Part shown: positions 7,571 through 19,147 of the stretch, one piece after another
Layout of the letters: every line of letters starts with the position of its first letter
Numbering within the stretch: the stretch's first letter is position 1
NCBI GenBank assembly: GCA_963667015.2
Contig: CAXXJJ010000003.1
Location: 32,001 to 96,000 of the forward strand
Direction of reading: 5' to 3'
DNA: 64,000 nt
DNA from: Desulfatiglandales bacterium
GTDB taxonomy: Bacteria > Desulfobacterota > DSM-4660 > Desulfatiglandales > HGW-15
The notes under the pieces: generated by a model
Told to the model about the DNA's origin: nothing
Seen by the model: the letters and a program-made list of their open reading frames with translations, nothing else
The model's database searches: none
Translations under genes and position numbers: made by a program

Positions 7571-10207
7571 ATGTCTGATAAAATAATTAATAATATTATT
7601 CGTTCAAGAGAAGAACTCACTTACGATCTACCGGCTAAACATGTGTTTGAAACCGAGGCCGAAGGCGGCTGCGGTGTTACCGGGTTTGCATGCAGTATTC
7701 CGGTAAGGGGTAAGCATATTTTTGAGCCCTCAAAACAGATGCATAACCGCGGAAACGGCCGCGGCGGCGGTATTGCGGCAATGGGTTTTGATCACAACAT
7801 GCTGGGTGTCAGTCCCGAGGTTCTCAAGGAAAGCTATATTCTTCAGATCGCCGTTCTTGAGGATGAGGTTATCAGGGATCTTGAAAATAATTTTATAACC
7901 CCTTTTTTTAATGTGGATTTTTCTGAAAAAATCCCGAGGATTGACGATTATCGAGACGTTCCCGGACTGCTCGTACAGCCACCGGATGTATGGCGGTTTT
8001 TTGTAAGGGTAAAACCTGATGTGCTTAAAGATTTTATATCAAAAAACAGTCTTGAAGCCCTTTCCAGCAGGCAGGCGGAAGATGAATTTGTTTATCAGAA
8101 CAGCACAAAAATTAATACCAGATATTATGATGCAACAGGAAAACAGCAGGCATTTGTTCTTTCTCACGGCCGGAATTTCTTTATCCTGAAGGTTGTCGGT
8201 TATGCAGAAGAGGTTGTCAGGTATTATCAGCTTGACGACTTTAAGGCTAATATATGGATTGCCCACCAGAGGTATCCCACCAAGGGAAGGGTGTGGCATC
8301 CTGCCGGAGCACACCCGTTTATAGGTATGAATGAAGCCCTTGTGCATAATGGTGACTTTGCAAACTATCACTCTGTAAGTGAATACCTGAAACAGCGTAA
8401 CATTTATCCCAGATTTCTTACGGATACGGAAGTATCCGCCCAGCTCTTTGACCTTTACAGCCGGACGTACGGTTATCCTCTTGAGTATGTTATCGAAGCG
8501 CTTGCCCCTACAATGGAAAGAGACTTTGACCAGCTGCCGGTTGAAAAACAGGAAATATACAGGGCTATACAGGCAGCCCATATACATGCCTCACCTGACG
8601 GCCCATGGTTCTTTATTATAGCCAGGAACGATACTGAAAATGACAGGCTTCAACTTATAGGAATTACTGATACTGCCATGTTAAGGCCGCAGGTGTTTGC
8701 CCTTCATGACGGTCAGGTGCAGGTTGGCTTGATATGTTCCGAACAGCAGGCTATTGACGCAACCCTTAAAAGCCTTGCTGACGAAGACCCCAGGATCGGT
8801 ACAGTTGCCGATTTGTACTGGAATGCAAGAGGTGGAAGTTATACAGATGGCGGGTCTTTTATTTTTAATCTTGATAAGACTGATCCGGATTCTACTGAAC
8901 GAAGGATAACATGTGTTGATAAATTTGGACGCGAAATAAAAGTTGAAAAAGAGCAGGTTCCATATCTGCCCGGAAGGGTTTATTATTCATTAGAAGATGA
9001 CAGTAAGGAAAAATTCAATGTATCTAAGTTTTTTGAGCTCCAGCGGCCCGACCTTCTTTTTGATTACATAAAAGAAGGCATACTGAAGTGGGATTATGCT
9101 GATTTTATGGACTGTCTCAAAGAACTCAAACGATGGGCACTCAAGAATGACGCTCATCTTGAGGTTGTTATTGAGGCTCTTACAAAACTGATAGATATGC
9201 GGTATCCGACCGGTGACAAGAAACGTCGCTCAATATTGCAGATGATCAATCATACTCTGGAAAACATATTTAGAAATCTTCCCAGTCTTGAAAATGCTGA
9301 AATTAAAGGTGCCTATAAGTTTATCGACTGGGAAAGCAGACAGTTTTTCAGAGGCCCTGATTATGATGAAAAGGTGCTTGTTATCGATGCATCATTATTC
9401 CCTCCGGAGGGTGATGACCGTGACAGCAGGCTTATGACCGAGGCATATTTCAGGGGATGGCGAAAGTTCATAGTATTTGGCCTAAAAGGACAGCGTTTTC
9501 ATGGATGTGGTCTTGGTCCTGACTCCGATAGCGTAAAAATTGATGTCTATGGAAACTCCGGTGACTATCTTGCTTCAGGAATAGATGGTCTTACAATATG
9601 TGTTCATGGGAATGCCCAGGATCAGGTTGGCCAGATCATGAAGGCAGGTAAACTGGTTGTATATGGTCATACAGGTCAGACATTCATGTATGGAGCCAAG
9701 GGCGGTGAAGTATATATAATGGGAAATGCCGCAGGACGGCCTCTTATTAATGCTGTCGGAAGACCAAGGGTTATTATAAACGGAACTTGTCTTGATTACC
9801 TGGCAGAATCCTTTATGGCTGGAGATCCTCATAATGGCGGAGGATTTGTCATTTTAAACGGCATTGAATTTGATGCAGATGGGAATGTAGTACCTCTGGA
9901 GATTCCATATCCCGGATCAAACCTGTTCTCACTTGCGTCAGGGGGAGCAATTTTTGTAAGAGATCCCCACAGAACAATAGACGAAGAACAACTTAATGGC
10001 GGTGAGGTTTTCGAGCTCGAAGAAAAAGACTGGGAACTGATTCTGCCTTTTCTCAAGGAAAATGAAAGACTTTTTAGTATATCAATAGAAAAAGATCTTT
10101 TAACTGTTAATGGTGTGGTTAAAACCCCATTTGATGTGTATTGCAAGGTTGCACCTAAAAAAGCAGGAGATATTGAGGAAGACGGGCTTGAAGAGTGGGG
10201 AAAATAA
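7571..10207 (+). CDS. Glutamate synthase amidotransferase (Ntn) domain fused to GXGXG domain (GltB1+GltB3-like)
   Basis: EGGCGVTG Cys after a propeptide, HQRYPT, AHPF, VHNGD, TDTEV; C-terminal GQRFHGCG, GNAQDQVG, GNAAGR repeats. Confidence 0.88.
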   Translation: MSDKIINNIIRSREELTYDLPAKHVFETEAEGGCGVTGFACSIPVRGKHIFEPSKQMHNRGNGRGGGIAAMGFDHNMLGVSPEVLKESYILQIAVLEDEVIRDLENNFITPFFNVDFSEKIPRIDDYRDVPGLLVQPPDVWRFFVRVKPDVLKDFISKNSLEALSSRQAEDEFVYQNSTKINTRYYDATGKQQAFVLSHGRNFFILKVVGYAEEVVRYYQLDDFKANIWIAHQRYPTKGRVWHPAGAHPFIGMNEALVHNGDFANYHSVSEYLKQRNIYPRFLTDTEVSAQLFDLYSRTYGYPLEYVIEALAPTMERDFDQLPVEKQEIYRAIQAAHIHASPDGPWFFIIARNDTENDRLQLIGITDTAMLRPQVFALHDGQVQVGLICSEQQAIDATLKSLADEDPRIGTVADLYWNARGGSYTDGGSFIFNLDKTDPDSTERRITCVDKFGREIKVEKEQVPYLPGRVYYSLEDDSKEKFNVSKFFELQRPDLLFDYIKEGILKWDYADFMDCLKELKRWALKNDAHLEVVIEALTKLIDMRYPTGDKKRRSILQMINHTLENIFRNLPSLENAEIKGAYKFIDWESRQFFRGPDYDEKVLVIDASLFPPEGDDRDSRLMTEAYFRGWRKFIVFGLKGQRFHGCGLGPDSDSVKIDVYGNSGDYLASGIDGLTICVHGNAQDQVGQIMKAGKLVVYGHTGQTFMYGAKGGEVYIMGNAAGRPLINAVGRPRVIINGTCLDYLAESFMAGDPHNGGGFVILNGIEFDADGNVVPLEIPYPGSNLFSLASGGAIFVRDPHRTIDEEQLNGGEVFELEEKDWELILPFLKENERLFSISIEKDLLTVNGVVKTPFDVYCKVAPKKAGDIEEDGLEEWGK

Positions 10208-10225
10208 TCTTTTGATCTATACTTG

Positions 10226-10278
10226 AAAAATAATAAGCCCATTAAGTTCAATAAAGAGTCAATGGGCTTATTATTTTT
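10226..10278. terminator. Bidirectional terminator between convergent glt operon and glnB
   Basis: aaaaataataagcccatt ... aatgggcttattattttt perfect inverted repeat with A/T tails. Confidence 0.7.
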
Positions 10279-10308
10279 AGAGAAAGAAAGACTGGGCATC
10301 AAAGGTGT

Positions 10309-10746
<438 letters not shown>

Positions 10747-10974
10747 TCAATAAATTTATTATAACTAACAAATATGATCATAATGGTTAATGCGAAAGCT
10801 TGAAGATAATTTTTTCAGTGGTATGAAACTGAATCTTAAAAAAATATTTTTCAGAAAACCCTGAAAAATATAATTATTCACAAATATTAATCAGGTTTTG
10901 ATTTTAAATTACCCGGTTATGTGTTAATACCTAGCGAAATAATTTTTATGTAACAGGACAGGTCCAGAACAAAT

Positions 10975-12114
10975 ATGAAAGCCTTATTAGCATTAGAAGA
11001 TGGAACCGTTTTTTACGGCCGGTCTTTTACCGGTGGGTGTGAAACTGTTGGTGAAGTTGTTTTCAATACAAGCATGTCAGGATACCAGGAAATCCTTACA
11101 GACCCTTCCTATTGCGGACAGATCGTCAACATGACTTACCCCTTGATCGGCAACTACGGTATAAATCACGAAGATATAGAATCCGCTCGAATTCAGGTCA
11201 AGGCATTAATAGTCAAGGAATACCAGAAGATGCCCAGTAACTGGCGATCCGAGTCTTCCCTTGCCGATTACCTTATAGCCGCTAATATTCCCGGTGTTGA
11301 GGGAATAGACACAAGGGCGCTCACCAGACATATAAGGCTTGAAGGGGCAATGAAAGGGGCGATATCAACAAAGATAACCGACCCGGATCAGTTGATCGAA
11401 GTTGCCAGAAAATCGCCCGATATGAAAGGAGCAGACCTTGTAAAACTTGTAACCTCTACAAAACCCTTGCTGTGGAAAGATGGCAGGGCAACCGAGGTTG
11501 AAGGTGATCTGAAGGATTTTAACTGGCCATCGGACAGCGGAAAATGGCGAGTTGTTGCCATAGACTATGGTGTTAAGTACAATATTCTAAGATCCCTTGA
11601 ACGTAACAACTGCAATATCCTTGTTCTTCCTGCCGGGACAGATTCGGAAACAATCAACATGATAAAACCGGATGGTCTTTTTTTGAGTAATGGTCCGGGT
11701 GATCCTTCTGCTGTCACATATGCAGTTGACACTATAAAGCAGCAGATCGGCAAAAGGCCTATATTCGGTATATGCCTCGGGCACCAGCTTCTTGGGCTGT
11801 CTCTTGGCGGCGAAACATATAAACTCAAGTTCGGTCACAGAGGAGGAAACCAGCCTGTACAGGACCTTCTTACCGGAAAGGTTGAGATAACATCACAGAA
11901 TCATGGATTCTGTCTTGATATGGATTCCCTGAATGATCCTGATATTGAAGTAAGCCATATTAACCTGAATGATAATACAGTTGAAGGTTTAGTCCATAAA
12001 AAGATACCGCTCTTTTCTGTTCAGTATCATCCTGAAGCCTCGCCAGGGCCGCATGATGCAGATTATCTGTTTGAGAGATTTATCAGGTTGATGGAAGAAA
12101 ATAAGGAAAAATAA
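10975..12114 (+). CDS. carA: Carbamoyl-phosphate synthase small subunit
   Basis: GEVVFNTSMSGYQEILTDPSY, SNGPGDP, FGICLGHQ, SVQYHPEASPGPHD. Confidence 0.98.
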   Translation: MKALLALEDGTVFYGRSFTGGCETVGEVVFNTSMSGYQEILTDPSYCGQIVNMTYPLIGNYGINHEDIESARIQVKALIVKEYQKMPSNWRSESSLADYLIAANIPGVEGIDTRALTRHIRLEGAMKGAISTKITDPDQLIEVARKSPDMKGADLVKLVTSTKPLLWKDGRATEVEGDLKDFNWPSDSGKWRVVAIDYGVKYNILRSLERNNCNILVLPAGTDSETINMIKPDGLFLSNGPGDPSAVTYAVDTIKQQIGKRPIFGICLGHQLLGLSLGGETYKLKFGHRGGNQPVQDLLTGKVEITSQNHGFCLDMDSLNDPDIEVSHINLNDNTVEGLVHKKIPLFSVQYHPEASPGPHDADYLFERFIRLMEENKEK

Positions 12115-12120
12115 AGATAT

Positions 12121-12193
12121 GGCGTAAGGTGTATGGCGCAGGAAATGACTTCAAACATTAAAACCTTGCATCCTGCGCTGTGAGCCATACGCC
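12121..12193. repeat. Degenerate heptamer repeats forming an imperfect inverted repeat between carA and carB
   Basis: ggcgtaa-ggtgtat-ggcgcag followed by complementary ccttgca-tcctgcg-ctgtgag-ccatacg-cc. Confidence 0.5.
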
Positions 12194-12267
12194 GGTTTCT
12201 GAATATAACGATATAAAATATTTAGTTAATTTACTGGAAACTTATATTTACACACTAGAAAAAACTT

Positions 12268-15200
12268 ATGCCAAAAAGAACAGACATTAAAAAGATATTA
12301 ATTATAGGTTCAGGTCCAATCATTATCGGTCAGGCCTGTGAATTTGACTATAGCGGGACCCAGGCCTGTAAGGCCCTGAAAGAGGAAGGTTATGAAGTTG
12401 TTTTAATCAACAGTAATCCTGCGACAATTATGACCGATCCGGAGACAGCTCATCGGACATATATTGAACCCATAACACCTGAGATGGTTGTCAAGGTTAT
12501 TGAAAGGGAAAGACCCCAGGCTATCCTGCCCACACTGGGCGGGCAGACAGGTCTGAATACGGCTGTTAAAGTAGCTGAAACCGGCGTTCTGGAAAGACTC
12601 GGTGTTGAGATGATCGGTGCATCCATACCGGTTATTCAAAAGGCCGAAGACCGCGAGCAGTTCAGGGATGCCATGGAAAGAATCAACCTCAGGGTTCCCA
12701 AAAACGGTATTGTACGAAACATGGATCAGGCCAGGGAAGTTGCCGAGCAGATCGGATATCCCCTCATCATAAGGGCCAGTTTCACACTTGGCGGGATCGG
12801 AAGCGGTGTTGCATACAACAAGGAAGAGATGGAGAGCATTGCCAGCACCGGTCTTGATGCAAGTATGATCAACGAGGTTATTATTGAAGAATCTCTGATT
12901 GGCTGGAAAGAATACGAGCTTGAGGTTATGAGAGACTTCAAGGACAATGTTGTTATCATATGTTCCATTGAAAACTTTGATCCAATGGGAGTGCATACCG
13001 GTGACAGTATAACTGTTGCACCCGCACAGACCCTTACTGACAGGGAATATCAGATGATGCGTGATGCAGCTATTGATATTATCCGTGAGATAGGCGTAGA
13101 AACAGGCGGATCAAATATTCAGTTTGCCATACACCCTGAAAACGGCGAAATGGTAGTAATTGAAATGAATCCCAGGGTTTCCAGAAGTTCTGCTCTTGCA
13201 TCCAAGGCAACAGGTTTCCCGATTGCAAAGATAGCGGCCAAACTGGCAGTGGGATACACCCTTGATGAAATTGCCAATGACATCACCCGTGAAACACGTG
13301 CCTCCTTTGAGCCTACAATTGATTACTGTGTAGTAAAAATCCCCAGATGGACATTTGAGAAATTCCCCGGAGCCCAGGATAGACTTACGACATCAATGAA
13401 GTCTGTGGGTGAAACAATGGCGATCGGGAGAACATTCAAGGAATCACTCCAGAAGGCGATCAGATCCCTTGAGATCGGCCGTTTTGGTCTAGGGTCAGAT
13501 ACCACTGACACTGAGGAAAACCCTGATTTTAATGAGATAGAAGAAGGAATAATAAACCCAAATTCAAGAAGACTTTTCTATATTCGTGAGGCCTTTAAAA
13601 AGGGCCTTACAATTGAAAGAATATACGAATTGTCTGCAATCGATCCGTGGTTTCTTTTCAACCTGAAACAGATCTATGACATGGAAATGAAACTGAAGGA
13701 CATGAGCATCAATAATGTTGATATCATGGACTGGGATAACGATTTTCTCAAGCAGGTAAAGGAATACGGATTTTCTGATGTTCAGCTTGCCACTATCTTT
13801 AAACGGACTGAACAGGAGGTCCGGGAGATACGGAAAATCAAGGGTGTTGAGCCGGTCTATAAACTTGTCGATACATGTGCTGCTGAATTTGAGGCATACA
13901 CACCCTATTATTATTCTACCTATGAACAGGAAAATGAGATAAGAAAAACAGATGGAAAAAAGGTTATTATACTTGGTGGCGGTCCGAACAGGATAGGGCA
14001 GGGTATCGAGTTTGATTACTGCTGTGTCCATGCCTCATTTGCACTTAGAGAGATGGGCATTGAAAGTATTATGATCAACAGTAACCCGGAAACAGTAAGT
14101 ACGGATTATGATATATCTGACAAGCTGTATTTTGAGCCCCTTACCAGGGAGGATGTGCTCAATATAATTGAGCAGGAAAAGCCTGAAGGCCTCATTGTCC
14201 AGTTTGGCGGCCAGACTCCTCTCAATATTGCGGTTCCATTGGAAGAGGCCGGCGCAAAGATTCTTGGTACAAGCCCTGACAGCATTGACCGGGCAGAGGA
14301 CAGGGAAAGATTTCAGATCCTGCTTCAAAAGCTGGATATTCTTCAGCCGCCAAATGGTATAGCTACAAATAAAGATCAGGCGATAAAGATAGCCGAAGAA
14401 ATAGGCTATCCTGTTGTTGTTCGGCCTTCATTTGTTCTTGGCGGAAGGGCAATGGAAATCGTCTATGACAGCAAGGATCTCCAGTATTACATGGAGACCG
14501 CTGTAAAGGTATCTCCCGGAAAGCCGGTTCTGATCGATAAATTTCTTGATCACACTACAGAGGTAGATGTTGATGCCATATCTGATGGCACGGACACTAT
14601 AGTCGGCGGTATCATGGAGCACATTGAAGAAGCAGGGGTTCATTCAGGTGACAGTGCGTGCGTTCTTCCTCCTATTTCCCTGAGCGCCCAGATTATTGAG
14701 CAGCTTAAAATATCTACAAAGGCAATAGCAAAGGAACTGAAAGTAATAGGTTTGATGAATATTCAGTATGCTGTGAAGGATGGAATCATCTATGTGCTTG
14801 AGGTAAATCCGAGGGCATCGAGAACCATCCCCTTTGTAAGCAAGGCTACCGGTGTGCCTCTGGCAAAACTCGCAACAAAGGTTATAATGGGATGCAGTCT
14901 CAAGGAGCTTGGATTGACCGGGGAAGTTATACCGGTTCATGTTTCCTGCAAGGAATCAGTCTTCCCCTTTACAAGGTTCCAGGGTGTTGACACAATTCTT
15001 GGCCCTGAAATGAAATCGACCGGAGAGGTTATGGGTATAGATACTACCTTCGAAATGGCCTTTGCCAAGTCACAGTTTGCAGCCGGGCAGAAGCTTCCCT
15101 TATCCGGAACCGTGTTTGTAAGTGTAAAGGACAGTGATAAGCCTGATGTACTTAAGTCCGTACGTATTCTTAATGAGGTAGGTTTCAGTATTGTTGCGAC

Positions 15201-15501
15201 AAGGGGAACTGCAGGTTTTCTAAGGGAACACGGCATACCGGTAAAAGACGTAAACAAGGTCAGAGAGGGAAGACCCGATATCGTTGATATGATTAAAAAC
15301 GGTGAGATTGCTCTTGTAATAAACACCACAAGCGGCAAGAAGGCCATTTCCGAATCATTTTCCATAAGGCGAAGCGCCCTTGTTCTTGGAATACCCTATA
15401 CAACAACAATAGCCGGTGCAGGAGCAACGGCGCTGGCGATAAAATCGTTGATCGAAGGGAAGCTCGACGTAAAGACCATCCAGGAATATCATAATTTATA
15501 G
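12268..15501 (+). CDS. carB: Carbamoyl-phosphate synthase large subunit
   Basis: [30 protein letters not shown], two ATP-grasp halves, C-terminal MGS domain. Confidence 0.99.
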   Translation: MPKRTDIKKILIIGSGPIIIGQACEFDYSGTQACKALKEEGYEVVLINSNPATIMTDPETAHRTYIEPITPEMVVKVIERERPQAILPTLGGQTGLNTAVKVAETGVLERLGVEMIGASIPVIQKAEDREQFRDAMERINLRVPKNGIVRNMDQAREVAEQIGYPLIIRASFTLGGIGSGVAYNKEEMESIASTGLDASMINEVIIEESLIGWKEYELEVMRDFKDNVVIICSIENFDPMGVHTGDSITVAPAQTLTDREYQMMRDAAIDIIREIGVETGGSNIQFAIHPENGEMVVIEMNPRVSRSSALASKATGFPIAKIAAKLAVGYTLDEIANDITRETRASFEPTIDYCVVKIPRWTFEKFPGAQDRLTTSMKSVGETMAIGRTFKESLQKAIRSLEIGRFGLGSDTTDTEENPDFNEIEEGIINPNSRRLFYIREAFKKGLTIERIYELSAIDPWFLFNLKQIYDMEMKLKDMSINNVDIMDWDNDFLKQVKEYGFSDVQLATIFKRTEQEVREIRKIKGVEPVYKLVDTCAAEFEAYTPYYYSTYEQENEIRKTDGKKVIILGGGPNRIGQGIEFDYCCVHASFALREMGIESIMINSNPETVSTDYDISDKLYFEPLTREDVLNIIEQEKPEGLIVQFGGQTPLNIAVPLEEAGAKILGTSPDSIDRAEDRERFQILLQKLDILQPPNGIATNKDQAIKIAEEIGYPVVVRPSFVLGGRAMEIVYDSKDLQYYMETAVKVSPGKPVLIDKFLDHTTEVDVDAISDGTDTIVGGIMEHIEEAGVHSGDSACVLPPISLSAQIIEQLKISTKAIAKELKVIGLMNIQYAVKDGIIYVLEVNPRASRTIPFVSKATGVPLAKLATKVIMGCSLKELGLTGEVIPVHVSCKESVFPFTRFQGVDTILGPEMKSTGEVMGIDTTFEMAFAKSQFAAGQKLPLSGTVFVSVKDSDKPDVLKSVRILNEVGFSIVATRGTAGFLREHGIPVKDVNKVREGRPDIVDMIKNGEIALVINTTSGKKAISESFSIRRSALVLGIPYTTTIAGAGATALAIKSLIEGKLDVKTIQEYHNL

Positions 15502-15514
15502 CAAAGAGTTTAGC

Positions 15515-16939
15515 ATGGAATGTTATTGTAATAAAAAAAGTGTTAAGGAAAAACCGGACCGGCCCAAAGACGAATGTGGTATATTTGCTGTTTACCAGCA
15601 TGAAGAAGCTGCCAAGCTTACCTACTTTGGCCTCTATGCTCAGCAGCACAGGGGACAGGAGTGTGCAGGTATTGTTGTGTCGAATGGCGATTGTGTGCTT
15701 GAACACAAGGCAATGGGGCTTGTTCCTGACATATTTAACGATAAAATACTGGAAAGACTTAAAGGAAACATCGCCCTTGGCCATGTAAGATATTCAACTA
15801 CAGGGTCATCAGTTATCGCAAATGCCCAGCCGTTCAGGATCAGACACGCCGGCAAATGCCTTGCAATAGCGCACAATGGCAATCTGGTGAACGCCCACAG
15901 TATCAGAAGTGAACTCGAAGATAACGGCTCCATCTTCCAGACCAGCATGGACAGCGAAATAGTTCTTCATCTTGTAGCAAAATCCCTCAAGCAGGGTCTT
16001 GAAAAGGCTATGGTTAATACAATGGCCAGTATTAAAGGCGCTTATTCTCTTGTCATAATGACAGAAGATACGCTGATCGCAGTACGTGATCCCAACGGGT
16101 TCAGGCCTCTTTGCCTGGGCCGATTGAACGGGGGATACGTAATAGCAAGCGAAACCTGTGCTTTTGATCTTGTCCAGGCAGAGTACATAAGGGATGTTGA
16201 TCCCGGTGAAATACTTATCATTAACAAAGAGGGTCTAAAAAGTGTAAAACCTGAAGCGCCCGAGAGAAAGGCTCACTGTATCTTTGAGCTGATTTACTTT
16301 GCAAGACCTGACAGCAATCTCTTTGGTCAGAATGTATATATGTTCCGGAAAAATCAGGGCAGGTTATTAGCTGAAGAGTTTTCTGTTGATGCAGACCTTG
16401 TTATGCCTTTCCCGGATTCAGGGAACTATGCGGCCATAGGTTTTGCCCAGGCATCAACAATACCCCTTGAGATGGGAGTAATCAGGAACCATTACATCGG
16501 AAGAACCTTTATTCAGCCGTCACAGACCATGCGTGATTTTGGCGTCAAGGTGAAGCTTAATCCTGTAAGGGAGTTATTCAAGGGGAAACGTGTCCTGATT
16601 ATTGAAGACTCCATTATAAGGGGAACAACATCAAGGACAAGAATCCAGACCCTCCGCAAGATAGGTGCAAAAGAAGTGCATATGCTGGTTTCCTGCCCGC
16701 CTCATAAATTTCCATGCCATTATGGTATAGATTTTTCCACAAAGGGTGAACTGATTGCAGCCCAGAAGAGTGTGGATGAAATCAGGGATTTTATAGGTCT
16801 GGACAGTCTTGGCTATCTGAGTATAGATAATGTTGTAAAGGCTACCCATATACCAAGAGAAGATCTCTGTCTTGCATGCTTTGACGGCAACTATCCAGTT
16901 CCGGTTGAGGAAGGGACCGGAAAGTTTTCACTGGAGTGA
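15515..16939 (+). CDS. purF: Amidophosphoribosyltransferase
   Basis: DECGIF, QHRGQE, GHVRYST, AHNGN, CIFELIYFARPD, EDSIIRGTT, LCLACF. Confidence 0.98.
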   Translation: MECYCNKKSVKEKPDRPKDECGIFAVYQHEEAAKLTYFGLYAQQHRGQECAGIVVSNGDCVLEHKAMGLVPDIFNDKILERLKGNIALGHVRYSTTGSSVIANAQPFRIRHAGKCLAIAHNGNLVNAHSIRSELEDNGSIFQTSMDSEIVLHLVAKSLKQGLEKAMVNTMASIKGAYSLVIMTEDTLIAVRDPNGFRPLCLGRLNGGYVIASETCAFDLVQAEYIRDVDPGEILIINKEGLKSVKPEAPERKAHCIFELIYFARPDSNLFGQNVYMFRKNQGRLLAEEFSVDADLVMPFPDSGNYAAIGFAQASTIPLEMGVIRNHYIGRTFIQPSQTMRDFGVKVKLNPVRELFKGKRVLIIEDSIIRGTTSRTRIQTLRKIGAKEVHMLVSCPPHKFPCHYGIDFSTKGELIAAQKSVDEIRDFIGLDSLGYLSIDNVVKATHIPREDLCLACFDGNYPVPVEEGTGKFSLE

Positions 16940-16943
16940 TTTA

Positions 16944-17672
16944 TCATTCCCACCTTTTAAATATATCCCTGTATATATCAGGCTGAGGAAAGTCCGATTC
17001 CATCATCATCTGCTCATTTGCAAACATGGATTCATTAAAGAATTTCTTTAATCCCTCCATAAACCCATCCAGCTTTGACGCAGGTATGGAAAAAATCATT
17101 TCGCCAGCCTGTGTGAGTGCCCGCACATATTCACCAGGGTCGGGCAGGGTGATTGCATATTTATTGTGCAGGATAGGCGATGTGACTGACCAGGCGCAGG
17201 AGAACGGGAAAAAACTGGAAATAATTCCGGGGCGATCCGATTCATCAATTGAAAGAAGCATACTCCTGAGCTGATTTGTATCGCAGTATATCATTACCAG
17301 ATCAGGCACAAAGGATGCTGCTTTAAGGGGTGCTGTTAATATTCCGATGTATTTGCTGTATTCAAAGCCCTCATAGTTATTGCCTGCATTTGGATCAGGA
17401 GATTCAGGTGGCGGAACGAACCCATAGGCCATAACCGGTCCGGGACACCAGCTGTCTTCCTTCGTCATGGCAACAGTGAGTTTGTCTCGTCTGGAGAGTG
17501 CAAAGGCCTGGCACTGGGCGTAATGTTTATTCTGGTCTCTTTCAGGCCTAAGGGCTTCATCAGGAATATCGGTTTCTTTCTTCAGCATTTTTAGGGCTAT
17601 TGGTGATGTTTGAAGACACAGTAAAGATTCCAGTTTTTGTCCATACACTTTGCAGTCTTTTATATCCGGCAT
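16944..17672 (-). CDS. DUF169-family protein
   Basis: LQTSPIALK, CQAFALSRR, WCPG, PDLV, PDPGE pattern typical of DUF169. Confidence 0.7.
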   Translation of the reverse strand: MPDIKDCKVYGQKLESLLCLQTSPIALKMLKKETDIPDEALRPERDQNKHYAQCQAFALSRRDKLTVAMTKEDSWCPGPVMAYGFVPPPESPDPNAGNNYEGFEYSKYIGILTAPLKAASFVPDLVMIYCDTNQLRSMLLSIDESDRPGIISSFFPFSCAWSVTSPILHNKYAITLPDPGEYVRALTQAGEMIFSIPASKLDGFMEGLKKFFNESMFANEQMMMESDFPQPDIYRDIFKRWE

Positions 17673-17710
17673 TTAATTTCCTTATAAGGCGATCGATTAA
17701 AAGAATAAAA

Positions 17711-18784
17711 CTAGAATTTGCCAAGGGCTGCAACCAGTTTATTTGAATTTTTATGGGTCGACATCTGGACTAATAATTTAGCTGCAATTTCATTGGCCTT
17801 TTTTTCTTCTTCCTGTGTTAAACCGCCGTTGTCTGATTCATTAACAATTTCTTCCGCTTCCTTGTGACCATTTGCCTTTGCTACAAGAAGCCAAACATAG
17901 CCCATCTGTTTGTTGATACTGGTACCCGAACCCAGGTAATAGAGTACTGCAAGATCAAACTGCGCTTCAGTCAGGTTATGCTCAGCAGCCTTTTTCATCC
18001 ATTCAAACCCTTTTACCGTATCCCGGTCAACGCCGAGTCCGCTTATATACTTCCGGGCAGTACTGTATTCTCCCCACACATCCCCGTGTTCAGCACTTTC
18101 TTTAAAAAGGTCAAATGCCTTATAATCATCCTGCATAACTACTTTGCCGTCACTGTACAGTTCAGCAAGGAATCTTTGTGCCAGGGCATTTTTGCATTTT
18201 GATAATTCTTCAAGGCTTTTCAGCATTTTTTCGGTCATTGCAGAATCTGTGCTGTTATCAAGAAATTGTTTTTTTAACAGGGCGCAGATATCATAACTGA
18301 GGTTGTCTCCTCTGTTGCCGGAAATAAGATAATAGTGAAAGGCCCTGGTTTTATCATAGGGGAAGTCTCCAGGTATTACCACTCCGGCATATACTACCTC
18401 TGTGCTTATCTCTTTAAAAATATTAGCTCCCTTAAGGTATATTGTACCTAAAAGAAAAGAGGCTTCCAAGTGGCCCTTGCCTGCTGCTTTCTCAAGCAGT
18501 GCTATGCACTTTGAAAAATCTCTTTTTACATCCTGCCCTCGCCCAAACAGTAATCCTACCTTGAACTGGTCGTCAGCATTGCTATTCATTGCAGAATAAA
18601 ATAATTCTTCTTCGCTGAGGTTTAATAATTTAACTTCCGGACTATATGTCCCGGTTAATAAATTTTCAGTTTCATTTTTTAATTTAAATGGCGTTGAATT
18701 GTTTGTCGCATAAGCGATGGTCCCGTTACAACATATCAACATAATCCCCACAAATAGCAGTGCAGCTCGAGAGCAACATTTCAT
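17711..18784 (-). CDS. Secreted Sel1-like repeat protein
   Basis: Signal peptide; repeats such as KAAGKGHLEA, GLGVDRDTVKGFEWMKKAAEH, AQFDLAVLYYLGSGT. Confidence 0.85.
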   Translation of the reverse strand: MKCCSRAALLFVGIMLICCNGTIAYATNNSTPFKLKNETENLLTGTYSPEVKLLNLSEEELFYSAMNSNADDQFKVGLLFGRGQDVKRDFSKCIALLEKAAGKGHLEASFLLGTIYLKGANIFKEISTEVVYAGVVIPGDFPYDKTRAFHYYLISGNRGDNLSYDICALLKKQFLDNSTDSAMTEKMLKSLEELSKCKNALAQRFLAELYSDGKVVMQDDYKAFDLFKESAEHGDVWGEYSTARKYISGLGVDRDTVKGFEWMKKAAEHNLTEAQFDLAVLYYLGSGTSINKQMGYVWLLVAKANGHKEAEEIVNESDNGGLTQEEEKKANEIAAKLLVQMSTHKNSNKLVAALGKF

Positions 18785-19147
18785 TCTTTTAAGTCCCCCT
18801 TTACAACATCCTAATCTCTGATTTTATTTATAGCCTTGAAATGCAAAAATTAAACCCAAAATTAAAAAATTAAAAATGGTAGTAAAAACAGCATTATAAA
18901 GTGTTGAGGGAATGATGTGTGAAAAAATATGCTAAATATGTGTGTAAAGCAATGTCTTGATTAGGAATAAATTTACACATCATTTGGTTCGGATATTTTA
19001 GTGTTTCAGGAATTAATTAGTTTTATTGTATCACTTGCTTCAGTTCCCGTTTATATCCTGCCTGTATAATTTAATTATCTTGACCTGTAATATGATTTTC
19101 TCTATGGTTTTCAGCAGGTTCGTTGATTTTAAAAACAGGAGATTTTC

